Counted from the first letter of the stretch, positions 1-9,930 are shown. The stretch: 64,000 nt of DNA from Synergistales bacterium (GCA_963666205.1 OY762654.1:2784001-2848000); one strand, 5' to 3'. The notes: generated from the letters alone by a model not told the origin. Made by a program: numbers and translations.

Positions 1-300
1 GATTGCCATGTGGAAGAAATCTCTGAGGCAGATGGAGACACGAATCTTGTCAAAGTTATTCTCCCTGGCAGTAAGGGATTAGATATTAAAAAGGATAACG
101 AGGAATTTTCTGTTGAAGAAATATTTTATACACCAAGAGGCTTGCGATACAGAGGAAAGCATCTTTCGGATACTAGAGGTGGAGCTATTATTTCGATTCC
201 TTGTGATTCGCTGGTTGAAATCCCAGGAGAATCTCTTATGGGATATTACAACCTGGATGCAGGTGAAGTTGTTGAAAACGTAGACGTGATGTCGTTCTAG
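1..300 (+). CDS. hypothetical protein, 5'-truncated by window edge (element A)
   Basis: Frame is open from base 1 to TAG at 298-300; no recognisable motif. Confidence 0.55.
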   Translation, partial: DCHVEEISEADGDTNLVKVILPGSKGLDIKKDNEEFSVEEIFYTPRGLRYRGKHLSDTRGGAIISIPCDSLVEIPGESLMGYYNLDAGEVVENVDVMSF

Positions 301-451
301 CTATTCATCTTAAGAGTGTATTTATATATTGTTTCTCCAATATCCCCATATGTAGCTAATATTGTGTGATTTATAGAGAGATATACATATATATTATTTC
401 ACTGAACCAGTAAGTTATTGCAATCCCATAACAAAATAATCAGTTTCTATT

Positions 452-483
452 AAGACTCCAGGTTAACCACCTGGGGTCTTTTT
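452..483 (+). terminator. intrinsic terminator-like hairpin upstream of ORF512-yqaJ-recT
   Basis: AAGACTCCAGG-loop-CCTGGGGTCTT followed by T-tract. Confidence 0.65.
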
Positions 484-511
484 CTATTTTAAGGGAGGTG
501 TTTTTGAAAAA

Positions 512-709
512 ATGTTGGGAACAAGTGGAGAAAATTCCAGTGATCACAAGGTATCAGCAAGAAATGGAAAGCAACATACGAAAGAAATGAGAAGAAATGT
601 ATGTCCAGATCTCTATTATGACCAGACGGATTACCAGGCAATGGAACTGGACAGAAATTACGGCAGATTAGTGAGCATGCTTGAAAACAGGGGAGGTCTT
701 TTTATATGA
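512..709 (+). CDS. small hypothetical protein, translationally coupled to yqaJ
   Basis: Strong SD (AGGGAGGTG) upstream; stop overlaps yqaJ start (ATGA). Confidence 0.55.
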   Translation: MLGTSGENSSDHKVSARNGKQHTKEMRRNVCPDLYYDQTDYQAMELDRNYGRLVSMLENRGGLFI

Positions 710-1641
710 AAATGCTCGTATCCACAAAGGATATGGACCGAAACGAATGGCTCAAGTGGAGGAAAAAAGGCATCGGCGGCAGCGATGCCTCAGCTGTGGC
801 AGGAATATCCAGATGGAAGAGTCCTCTCGAAGTATATCTTGAGAAGACTGACCAGATACCATCAAGAGAAGCGGGTGAACCAGCATACTGGGGAACGGTT
901 CTGGAAGACATAGTGGCAAGGGAGTTCACAAAAAGAACCGGTCTTTCAGTAAGAAAGAAGAATGCCATGTTCCAGCATGATAGTCACCCCTTCATGTTTG
1001 CAAATGTGGACAGGGAGGTCATAGGTTCAAACAAAGGTCTTGAATGCAAGACTGCTTCATCATGGAAGGAAAGCGAATGGAAAAATGATGATGTACCGCC
1101 AGAATATGTGTTGCAGTGCCAGCACTACATGGAGGTGATGGACTGGGATTCAATGTATCTTGCAGTGTTGATAGGCGGTCAGAAGTTTCTATGGAAGGAA
1201 GTGCCAAGGGACCAGGAACTCATAGATCTTCTAATTCATGCAGAAAGGGATTTCTGGAATCGGGTAGAGAGAAAGGATCCTCCACCCATAGAAGGACATC
1301 CAAAGGATAAGGACCTTCTCGATATCCTCTATCCGTCAGCACTAAGATATGACGAATCTGTTGAACTGCCGGAGGAAGCAGAACTGCTGGTAAAGGAATT
1401 CGAAGAAGCCGGCATCGACGAAAAGGATGCCAAGGCAAGAAAAGAATCTGCCGGTAATAAACTTAAAAGCCTGCTTGGAGAGAATCCTCTCGGCAGACTG
1501 GATACCCATATCGTCAAATGGGAGAACGTAATAAGCAGCAGACTGGATACACAGAAACTGAAGAAGGAAAAGCCGGAAGTATATTTCGATTACCTCAAGG
1601 AATCGGCTTACAGGAAATTCTCAATCAGGGAGGTGGCCTGA
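706..1641 (+). CDS. YqaJ-like viral recombinase (lambda-exonuclease family 5'-3' exonuclease)
   Basis: Motifs W..R.KGIGGSD, G..LE..VA, ANVD..., LECKT, QCQHYM. Confidence 0.92.
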   Translation: MKMLVSTKDMDRNEWLKWRKKGIGGSDASAVAGISRWKSPLEVYLEKTDQIPSREAGEPAYWGTVLEDIVAREFTKRTGLSVRKKNAMFQHDSHPFMFANVDREVIGSNKGLECKTASSWKESEWKNDDVPPEYVLQCQHYMEVMDWDSMYLAVLIGGQKFLWKEVPRDQELIDLLIHAERDFWNRVERKDPPPIEGHPKDKDLLDILYPSALRYDESVELPEEAELLVKEFEEAGIDEKDAKARKESAGNKLKSLLGENPLGRLDTHIVKWENVISSRLDTQKLKKEKPEVYFDYLKESAYRKFSIREVA

Positions 1642-1642
1642 T

Positions 1643-2512
1643 TTGGCAGTATCAAAAGCAAATGAAACGGCAAAGAACCGTTTAAGGAACAGTAACCATT
1701 CTGGTAATGTACAGACTGTACGATCCGTACAGATAGAAAAGGGTGAACTGGCAACAGGCAGCGAAACATCAAAGGAGATTCAGCAGAACAAACCTTCAGG
1801 CACTTTATGGGAATACATCAATTCAAGGAAGGAGACCATATCCAAGGCACTTCCCAAACACATGACACCAGAAAGAATGGGCATGATAGCCTTCACCGAG
1901 ATAAGAAGGAATCCAAAATTATTGCAATGCACACCCCAGTCACTCTTTGGATCCATCATGCAGGCATCCCAGCTTGGTGTCGAGCCAGGTCCGCTGGGTC
2001 AATGCTATCTGGTACCCTTCTGGAACAAGAAAACATCCACCTATGATGTGCAGTTCATCCTTGGCTACAAGGGAATGATCGATCTTGCAAGAAGATCTGG
2101 AAACATAAAGTCCATCTATGCCCACGAAGTTAGAAACAATGACCAGTTCGAATACTCCTATGGTCTGAATCCTACACTTATCCATAAACCCTCTCTTAAG
2201 AACAGAGGAGATGTTACAGGGTTCTACGGTGTGGTTCATTTCAAAGATGGAGGTTACCAGTTTGAATTCATGTCCATCGATGAAGTGGAGCAGAGGAAGG
2301 AAAGGTCCAAGTCATCAGAGAACGGCCCCTGGGTAACAGACTATGAGGAGATGGGGAAGAAGACCATCCTTCGTCACATGTGGAAATACCTTCCAGTAAG
2401 TGTTGAGGTTATGAGACAGACTGCTCTTGACGAAACTGTTACAGACATCGAGAAACCAGATATCCCTCTTTCTGTCTATGATATCGACAGCAAAGAAGAA
2501 GCGGCCGCCTGA
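1643..2512 (+). CDS. recT: RecT family single-strand annealing protein
   Basis: NPKL..CTPQS, QLG.EP..LGQCYLVP, GYKGMIDLARRSG, GPW.TDYEEM..KT; directly follows yqaJ; TTG start with SD. Confidence 0.93.
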   Translation: MAVSKANETAKNRLRNSNHSGNVQTVRSVQIEKGELATGSETSKEIQQNKPSGTLWEYINSRKETISKALPKHMTPERMGMIAFTEIRRNPKLLQCTPQSLFGSIMQASQLGVEPGPLGQCYLVPFWNKKTSTYDVQFILGYKGMIDLARRSGNIKSIYAHEVRNNDQFEYSYGLNPTLIHKPSLKNRGDVTGFYGVVHFKDGGYQFEFMSIDEVEQRKERSKSSENGPWVTDYEEMGKKTILRHMWKYLPVSVEVMRQTALDETVTDIEKPDIPLSVYDIDSKEEAAA

Positions 2513-3554
2513 TTTTCTAACTGGTATAAAATATATTTATTTCAAGGATAAATATCCATGTTTACCAGTAATTGCAATAACTCATACTGTTTCCATTTCA
2601 CCCAATCATCCTTATTTACCTGTTATTTCCCAATCACATCAAACACATAAGGTAACCTTACTATTCCCCATACTTCTGTTATCTTTCTGTAAATATTTTC
2701 TAAATTATCCATTCCAAAGGGGACATCAGCAAAAGGATGTCCCCATATTATTATTCCCATTCAGCTTTCAAGTAGGATTTCATGAATAAAAATATCCCAG
2801 TGTAAATCTATCCTTTTTGATTTTAGTCATATTCCATATTTTCACATCTCAATTATTGCAAATCTGATGGAAATTCATATGTCTAGATGATAGCTAATCA
2901 TATATTGACACAATTCAACTAGTAATAATACAAATAATCATATTGAAACATTGTATCTATAACCAGTAAGAACAGTGAGATTTATCAGATTACCAGTAGA
3001 TATTTAGGATATTTATTGAATTCAACATAACCATAGTGGAGGATGGAAGCAATGGAGGCAAATACCAATATATATTACAACAATATTATTATTATATTAA
3101 ATAACAGTATGATTTCTCTTCCATCATCCTCCATCTTCCACTGGTATGTAGTTGAATATTCATGATTTGCAAGTATGGATATTATCCTTATCTGATTACT
3201 ATTCTGGTTATTCTGCATGGTTATTCTGTCTGGTAAGTATACATAAACATACTAACTATATGGTTATTGAAATAATCCAATAGCTAAATAACTACATAAT
3301 AACTACATGATCACATGGTGAATGAAGGTGATCGTGACTTTTTATCCAGATAGAAATAAATCATGTAGAAGAAAAATATTACTGGTCATGTTAGCAATAA
3401 TTCTGTTGGTCTACATTATGGTTAGATTAGCAATATTGTTAGTGATAGCAATGAATATTGTTGTAATTATGCTGTTCCAGTCTGATCTTGGAAAATACCT
3501 TGGAAAACAGGTAACAAAGAATGGGAGGAGTACCTCATAAAGATAAAAAGTATA

Positions 3555-4001
3555 GTGATGTCAATGATCTTAGTCATGATGCTGTTGAATGGGACAGCTG
3601 AAGCTAATGTTGGAGTAGTATCTAGTGTAATTTCAGGATCCAGGGTGTCTTCATTAGTTTTTAAACCAGTTGTAGTTATACCATTGGTTGTTTCAAGATT
3701 AGTCAGGAATTGTAAATTATCCAGAGTTATAGCTAATGGAGGTATAGCTCAAAAGATAAGTACCTTTATCAAGGATAATGCCAGGGGAATGTTAGCTGGA
3801 GTAGTTTTATCTGGAATATGGAACAAGCCTGAGAAAACAAAAAGTATAATCCAGATGTTCTACAGCATTATTCCATTTCCATTGAGGGTAATTTTACTGG
3901 TGATTGTTGTTGGGTATCTGTCACCGTTAATTAGGGGTAGTATAAATAAGATGAAAGACTTAATAGGTAAGGAAGGATCTGATACTAGCAAAGAAGCATA
4001 A
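3555..4001 (+). CDS. possible membrane hypothetical protein
   Basis: 148-aa ORF with hydrophobic segments; no homology recognised. Confidence 0.35.
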   Translation: MMSMILVMMLLNGTAEANVGVVSSVISGSRVSSLVFKPVVVIPLVVSRLVRNCKLSRVIANGGIAQKISTFIKDNARGMLAGVVLSGIWNKPEKTKSIIQMFYSIIPFPLRVILLVIVVGYLSPLIRGSINKMKDLIGKEGSDTSKEA

Positions 4002-4204
4002 TCCCTAACATTTCCCAAAATTAAGAATATACCTTTTTTACCGGGACCATCGCTCTTAATCCAAAATATTTAGGGTTTCCCATTGAAATTATTTCAAAAT
4101 AGAAGAACCATGTATGAACTTTATTCCCTTGTTTTTAAATTTTACCTTTTGCGGTTCTTCATGAAACACCTCATTTTATAAAATCTTTTCCATTTTTTTA
4201 AGGT

Positions 4205-4281
4205 GCGCCGGTAGCTCAGCTGGATAGAGCGGCGGTCTACGGAACCGCAGGTCACGAGTTCGAATCTTGTCCGGCGCGCCA
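4205..4281 (+). tRNA. tRNA-Arg (ACG), copy 1
   Basis: Cloverleaf: GCGCCGG/CCGGCGC acceptor, anticodon arm GCGGT-CTACGGA-ACCGC, GTTCGAATC T-loop, encoded CCA. Confidence 0.97.
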
Positions 4282-4359
4282 TTTCTTCGAAATATTGGTA
4301 AGACTGGTTAGAATACATTCAGTAAAACATTAGAAGACCAGAGAAATTCCAGTATACAA

Positions 4360-4380
4360 TGGCGAGACCGCAGTCCTTGA
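4360..4380 (+). repeat. 21-bp direct repeat TGGCGAGACCGCAGTCCTTGA (putative integrase arm site, left end of B)
   Basis: Exact second copy at 13906-13926. Confidence 0.75.
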
Positions 4381-4416
4381 AATATGCCTCTCATCAATAT
4401 GATGGGAGGTTTTTTT

Positions 4417-5349
4417 ATGAATGTAGTACCACTTTCGAGATACGCAAAGCCAACATGGGAAGAAGCCCTTGAAGATTTCCTTAACCTTAAGGGAGCAGAG
4501 GGCAGAGCACCCAGAACCCTCACAGACTACCGCAAGCATGTCACACGATTTTTTACCAGATTCCCCGATGCATATGAGAATGAGAAGGAAGCCCGTAGCG
4601 CCCTCCTGAAGCATCTAGCTCAGGCAAAGACACCTTCTACCCATAACCTGAGACTTGAGTATCTCAGAGGCTTTTCCCGATGGCTCTGGGAGGAAGGGAT
4701 CTTCACTAATGATGTTACCTACAAGCTAAAGAAGCAAAAGAATCCCGGAAAGTTTATTCCTGTGGATAAGGATAGCCTTTTGTCGCTTCTTGGACTTCCA
4801 GATCTAGCTACCTATACAGGTTACAGGGATTACTGCCTGATCCTTTTTACCCTGGATACTGCAACTAGACCGGGTGAGGCTCTTAAGCTTATACCTTCAG
4901 ACTTCAACTTGAGGAGTCTTGAGGTCCACATCCCTTCTCTTGTGGCAAAGACGAGGATCTCAAGAACCATTCCTATATCAGGAGAAACGACTAAGTCTAT
5001 AAGGAAGTTACTGAGCGTTAGACATCCAGAATGGAAAGACAATGTACCCTTGTTTGCATCAAGTGATGGTCTATGTATGCTTGAAACATCATGGGGGAAG
5101 AGGATGAGGGGGTACAGTAAGAAACTTGGGGTAAAAATAACTCCATATATGCTTAGACATAGTTCTGCTACATTGTTTCTCCGTAATGGGGGATCAAGCT
5201 TCGCACTTCAGAGGATGATGGGTCATACCTCAATGGAGATGACCGAAAGGTATGTCCATCTTGTCCAAGACGATGTCAAACAGGAACATAAGAAGCATTC
5301 TGCTTTAAGCGGAATGTTTGAAGAGATTCACAGAAAGAGGAGATTATAA
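4417..5349 (+). CDS. tyrosine recombinase/integrase (element B)
   Basis: TATRPGE, KT, YMLRHS, MGH, RY catalytic signature; ATG 4417 after GGGAGG. Confidence 0.93.
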   Translation: MNVVPLSRYAKPTWEEALEDFLNLKGAEGRAPRTLTDYRKHVTRFFTRFPDAYENEKEARSALLKHLAQAKTPSTHNLRLEYLRGFSRWLWEEGIFTNDVTYKLKKQKNPGKFIPVDKDSLLSLLGLPDLATYTGYRDYCLILFTLDTATRPGEALKLIPSDFNLRSLEVHIPSLVAKTRISRTIPISGETTKSIRKLLSVRHPEWKDNVPLFASSDGLCMLETSWGKRMRGYSKKLGVKITPYMLRHSSATLFLRNGGSSFALQRMMGHTSMEMTERYVHLVQDDVKQEHKKHSALSGMFEEIHRKRRL

Positions 5350-5662
5350 GATATATATTTCGTTGGAAGGAAATGTTGTGATAAAAACGAAAAAAGTAAT
5401 ATATTAGTTTTGAATCAGATTTAATATTCTAAAGAGCTATCGATTTGTTCTTGACACAGGCATAAATTAATAGACAATAAGATAGAATTCATTATTTCCC
5501 ATTTATCTCCCATAGACTATCGGTTATCCTCGAATATTTACCCAGTTATCATAACTCTGTGTACCTAGCAAATAGAGTTGTTATGTCTGGTGTTAATAAT
5601 CGTCTTTCTATATGTAATCTTTTTTTTAGTAGGAATAATTTACTTTCATTGGAGGTGTTTTT

Positions 5663-7777
5663 ATGGAAATTAAAGAAAATGATTATCTGAATTGTCGATC
5701 AACTATTGTTAATCGAATTGAAGATACTATTCAATCAATGCCAGAAAAATGCGAAGATGAATTTAAGGCTTTTCCTTTTTTAATGTCCAAATTGTTTTCT
5801 AATGGAGTGTTGGATGAAACACTTTTCGTCCTAGATAAGAAATCAGACCAAGGGATTGATTTTTACGCAAAATATGCTGGTTCTTATGAAATCTTCCAGT
5901 GTAAATTTGCAGATTTAGAAAGGATAATCACATCAGATAAACCTCTTTCTTATGACCAAACAGGAGTAAGAGATCTTGAAAATGCTTATCATTACCTAAT
6001 AGGTGATCAGTCCGTAAAAACTGGAAATAAGGATGTAGAAAAGGTTAGGGCTCAGATAATGGCAGAAGATTGTAAAGAAATATCTTTTAATCTTTGTGTT
6101 TTTGGTAAACTTACAGATGATGCCAGAGAAAAATTCCAATTGCTTCAAAAAGAATATGGAACTGAATATATCGATTTTAACCTCTTTGAATGGCAAGATA
6201 TAGCAAAAGAACTATTTCTGCAATATGCTTCCCCAAAGGAAACATCATTTACATTTCGTGTGAAGGATAACCAAATTCTTCACAAACAAGAGTATTGTTA
6301 TTTTCTATGTAATGTAAAAGACTTTTATGATGTTTTTCAAAAGTTTGGATGGTCCCTTTTTGATCTGAATGTTCGTTCTGAATTAAGCGGTTCTCCAATT
6401 AATAATGAAATTATTAAATCTCTAAAACATGACAAAAGCATGAAATTCTTCCACCATCTCAATAATGGAATCCTTATCTTTTGCAATAACTTCAGTTTTA
6501 CCAAAAGACCTAAGCCTAAGACAAATGGCAATGGAGATGAAATTGAGTCAATTGAAATAAAGAACTTTCAGATCATCAATGGATGTCAAACAGTCTTAGC
6601 AATTAACAGAGCATTTGAAGAAATATGTCATGATAAATTCAAATTTGATCGATTTGACAAAGATTGTTTGGTTCAAGTAAAAGTCATTTCTAAAACACCT
6701 GGTACGAAAGAAATTATTGATGATGTAATTATTTCAACCAATAATCAAAACCCCATGAAAAAAAGGAACCTTAAATCGAATAAACAAGAACAAAGAAAAA
6801 TCAAAGCATATTTTGATAACCTAACTCCTAGATGGTTCTACCAACGCAAAGACGGTGAATTTAATAGTTTTAAAAGTATGCCACATGTGGGTACATTCCA
6901 ATTCAGAATTAGTGACTATAAGGAAGGTAATATTTCGAGGTGTATTGATAATAATGATTTAGCCAAAACTTGGTTATGTTTTATTGGTTTTCCAGATAAG
7001 AGCATGATGACAAGTGATTATTTCATTAAAGATACACTTTATTCAGACATTTTCCAGTCCAAGCCAACTCAATATTTGTGGGATGAGTTTTTAAATCCTG
7101 ATACTGATTTCCAGAGAAAGGATAATTATTTTGATGTTGGGAAATTGCCAATTGTAGAAGAATACTTACTGTCTTATGTAATATGGAATTTCATCAAGTC
7201 TTATTCTCTTTCTCCGAGAGATAATAAAAAAGAGGCTTTGAACAGAGGAGTAAGAAAAGGAGTATTGCACAGAGCAACAACAGAAGATCGGATAATAGAA
7301 TCAGTTGAAGATCAATCTCAATATTTAAAAGATGACGACGAATACGTCTTAAACAATATTATTAACAATAGTAAAGAAGTATTTTTATCCATGTATGCCT
7401 TTGTATTAGTAAGAAAATATGGTTATAACCCTGAAATAGCTAAAAAACTAATCCGAAGCAAGTATTTAGGAGGAATACAAGGATTTGCTCAAGGAAAAAT
7501 ATTTTCACAAGAAATATCAGAACTGGGGAATAATTTATTAGTGAATATCTATGAATTCTTGCGTTTTGTTTTAGGACAGGTATATACCGAAATTAAATCT
7601 GAATACCTTGTTCACCCTAGAAGAAAATACTATTTATCACAACAGAGGTTTATTACAAAATTCAAAAAAAAGATCCTTGAACTCAATAATCAAGAAGGAT
7701 TTAAAATGTATTCTCAAAACTGGAAGACTATGGGCCTGAATTTCTTTGAAAGTATGCCTGATGAGTTAGAATTATGA
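5663..7777 (+). CDS. AIPR family (abortive infection phage resistance) protein with N-terminal restriction-endonuclease-like motif
   Basis: FDLNVR, FF..NNGI, QIINGCQT, NNQNP..RNLKSN motifs; N-terminal DQGID...FQCK. Confidence 0.85.
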   Translation: MEIKENDYLNCRSTIVNRIEDTIQSMPEKCEDEFKAFPFLMSKLFSNGVLDETLFVLDKKSDQGIDFYAKYAGSYEIFQCKFADLERIITSDKPLSYDQTGVRDLENAYHYLIGDQSVKTGNKDVEKVRAQIMAEDCKEISFNLCVFGKLTDDAREKFQLLQKEYGTEYIDFNLFEWQDIAKELFLQYASPKETSFTFRVKDNQILHKQEYCYFLCNVKDFYDVFQKFGWSLFDLNVRSELSGSPINNEIIKSLKHDKSMKFFHHLNNGILIFCNNFSFTKRPKPKTNGNGDEIESIEIKNFQIINGCQTVLAINRAFEEICHDKFKFDRFDKDCLVQVKVISKTPGTKEIIDDVIISTNNQNPMKKRNLKSNKQEQRKIKAYFDNLTPRWFYQRKDGEFNSFKSMPHVGTFQFRISDYKEGNISRCIDNNDLAKTWLCFIGFPDKSMMTSDYFIKDTLYSDIFQSKPTQYLWDEFLNPDTDFQRKDNYFDVGKLPIVEEYLLSYVIWNFIKSYSLSPRDNKKEALNRGVRKGVLHRATTEDRIIESVEDQSQYLKDDDEYVLNNIINNSKEVFLSMYAFVLVRKYGYNPEIAKKLIRSKYLGGIQGFAQGKIFSQEISELGNNLLVNIYEFLRFVLGQVYTEIKSEYLVHPRRKYYLSQQRFITKFKKKILELNNQEGFKMYSQNWKTMGLNFFESMPDELEL

Positions 7778-7813
7778 ATTCAATTAGTGAATTCCACATT
7801 TTTTTATAGCAAG

Positions 7814-7858
7814 AGAAAAAACAGGCCAAGGAAAATGAATCCTTGGCCTGTTTTTTCT
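7814..7858. terminator. bidirectional intrinsic terminator
   Basis: 19-bp inverted repeat AGAAAAAACAGGCCAAGGA / TCCTTGGCCTGTTTTTTCT. Confidence 0.85.
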
Positions 7859-7877
7859 TTCATTATTCGAGGCAAGA

Positions 7878-7906
7878 TTGATAAATAAAAAAAGTCGTTA
7901 TATAAT
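7878..7906 (+). promoter_or_regulatory. sigma70-type promoter for ATPase-rloB
   Basis: TTGATA-17 bp-TATAAT. Confidence 0.6.
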
Positions 7907-7973
7907 ATAAATGCAAAATACGCATCCTTTCTGCAAATAATAGACCTAAAATAGCTTATAAGATGTTATAGGG

Positions 7974-9341
7974 GTGATAAATATGTTGATTTCATTTGTA
8001 GTTTCGAATTTTCGATCCATAAAGGATATGCAGGAATTCTCATTGTTGACATCCAAAATTGGCCAAAAAGAGGGCTTCTTAAATAGAAACTTTATGTTTT
8101 GTGATGGAGAAAAGGAGCCTCTTGGCAAATTAAGTGGTTTTTATGGAGCGAATGCCTCCGGAAAAAGTAACTTTATTAAAGCTTTGAATTTTATGAAACA
8201 TCTTGTTTTGACTTCTCATCGAAATCTGAAAAGCAAAGATCTGCCTTATGAGCCATATGTTCTTGATGAAGAACACATGAATACTCCTTCTGAATTTGAA
8301 GTGACATTTCTAAATAATTCAACCAAATATATTTATGGATTTTCTTTAAATAAAGAAAGGGTTATTGAGGAATGGGCTTATTTCTATCCTTCTGGAAGAA
8401 AAAGTCTTCTGTTCTTAAGAGAAATAGGAGAAGATAGCCAGTATAACTATCATTTTGGATCTTTGTTGAAAGGTCAGAAATCTGTAATTGTCCAAACAAC
8501 GAATAAGGAATCATTGTTCTTATCTAAAGCTTCTGACATAGAGGAATGTCCTGACCATTTGAAGTCCATCTTTTCTTGGTTTAGTGATACTCTTCGCATT
8601 TTATCAATGGATATAGACCCTTTTACATATGCTGTTGAAATGTGGAAAACAAAAGAGGATTGTCATAAATTTATTCTTAAATTGCTTTCTCTTGCTGATA
8701 CTGGAGTAAAAGGAGTAGAAATTGAAGAAAGATCAGTTCTAGATCAAATACCAGAATTACCTTTTGCCAAGATCCAAAAACTTTTCCAATTATGCAAAGA
8801 AGAATTTGAACTAGATCCAAATACTGATCTTAATGACAAAGTCACTATAGTAAAAGCTTTCCATGATTTTCGCAAGAACAATGGTTTGATTGAAAGCAAA
8901 GCATTTCAATTTACCGAAGAATCTGCAGGAACTAAACGTTTCTTTGGTTTTTCTGCAATTCTTTTAGATATTATTAGTAATGAAAGAGTTATTTTTATCG
9001 ACGAGATTGAATCGAGCATGCATCCATTATTGGTTGTTCGCTTTTTAGAATCATTTCTTGATTTAAGCCAAGAGAAATTGTGCCAATTGATTTTTACAAC
9101 TCACAACACCCATTTATTAAATTCAGATGTTTTGCTTAGAGACCAGATTTGGTTTGTTGAAAAAGATAAGGAAATGGCTAGCCACATTTATTCATTGCTC
9201 GAATATACGCCTAGAAAAGGTGAATATCTAGAAAAATGGTATTTGTTAGGTAAATATGGAGCTATACCTTTTTTACAAAACTTCGAAGATATAGAAGACC
9301 ATGATTCTTTCTATGGGGAATGCCTTGATGTCGAATCTTAA
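7974..9341 (+). CDS. ABC-type ATPase, AAA_15/AAA_21 (RloA/AbiLi-like)
   Basis: NFRSI, Walker A GANASGKSN, ESAGT signature, Walker B FIDEIESSMHP, QLIFTTH, YL.G.YGAIP. Confidence 0.88.
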   Translation: MINMLISFVVSNFRSIKDMQEFSLLTSKIGQKEGFLNRNFMFCDGEKEPLGKLSGFYGANASGKSNFIKALNFMKHLVLTSHRNLKSKDLPYEPYVLDEEHMNTPSEFEVTFLNNSTKYIYGFSLNKERVIEEWAYFYPSGRKSLLFLREIGEDSQYNYHFGSLLKGQKSVIVQTTNKESLFLSKASDIEECPDHLKSIFSWFSDTLRILSMDIDPFTYAVEMWKTKEDCHKFILKLLSLADTGVKGVEIEERSVLDQIPELPFAKIQKLFQLCKEEFELDPNTDLNDKVTIVKAFHDFRKNNGLIESKAFQFTEESAGTKRFFGFSAILLDIISNERVIFIDEIESSMHPLLVVRFLESFLDLSQEKLCQLIFTTHNTHLLNSDVLLRDQIWFVEKDKEMASHIYSLLEYTPRKGEYLEKWYLLGKYGAIPFLQNFEDIEDHDSFYGECLDVES

Positions 9342-9930
9342 GGACAGAAAAAGGAGAAGTGTAAGGCGTCCCGGAAATTGGAAGGCTAAAAGAACGGTCC
9401 TAATTCTTTGTGGAGGAGAAAAAACAGAAAAGTTTTATTTTGAAAACATTAGAAAGAAAACTGAGGTTGAGAATACCCAAATTGATATTAAACAGTTTGG
9501 TGCTAAATCTCCTTTAGGGATAGTAAATAGGGCAATCAGATGTTTAAAGATGTGGCCTTATGATACGTGTTGGTGTGTTTTTGATAAAGATGATTTTTCA
9601 GATTATGAACAAGCCATATCAAAAGCAAAACGAAACAGAATTTACTGTGCTTTTTCTAAGCCATGTTTTGAAGTCTGGTTTCTATTACATTTTGAAAAGT
9701 GTTGGCTTAAATTAACAACGTGCGAAGATGTAATAACTCGTCTGAAAAGTCATTTACCAGATTATAAAAAAAACAACTTAGCTATGTTTGATAAACTTCG
9801 CAAGAATCTAGATATTGCAAAAGATAACGCTGGGAACCTGCTTAAAGTGAATATGGAAGATCATTTATTAGATTACCCTATTACGAATGTTTTTGAGTTG
9901 TTAGATCATTGGAGTCAATCCTTCAAATGA
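9328..9930 (+). CDS. RloB family protein (TOPRIM-like, AbiLii-like)
   Basis: C.GEKTE..YF, WCVFDKD, S.PCFEVWFLLHF, Y.K motifs; overlaps ATPase stop. Confidence 0.85.
   Translation: MSNLKDRKRRSVRRPGNWKAKRTVLILCGGEKTEKFYFENIRKKTEVENTQIDIKQFGAKSPLGIVNRAIRCLKMWPYDTCWCVFDKDDFSDYEQAISKAKRNRIYCAFSKPCFEVWFLLHFEKCWLKLTTCEDVITRLKSHLPDYKKNNLAMFDKLRKNLDIAKDNAGNLLKVNMEDHLLDYPITNVFELLDHWSQSFK

Larger units (their letters stand above)
1..4204. mobile_element. right part of integrative element A (recombination module), bounded by tRNA-Arg copy
   Basis: Phage-type yqaJ-recT genes, AT-rich DNA, arm-like motif at 4043-4059, ends at repeated tRNA; left end lies outside window. Confidence 0.65.

Noticed and set aside
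2427-2789. 120-aa plus-strand ORF overlapping the recT end
   Set aside because: Overlaps recT, has no SD, and has the composition of AT-rich noncoding DNA
3322-3540. 72-aa hydrophobic ORF
   Set aside because: No clear SD or motif; hydrophobicity can arise from T-rich DNA, so not supportable as a feature
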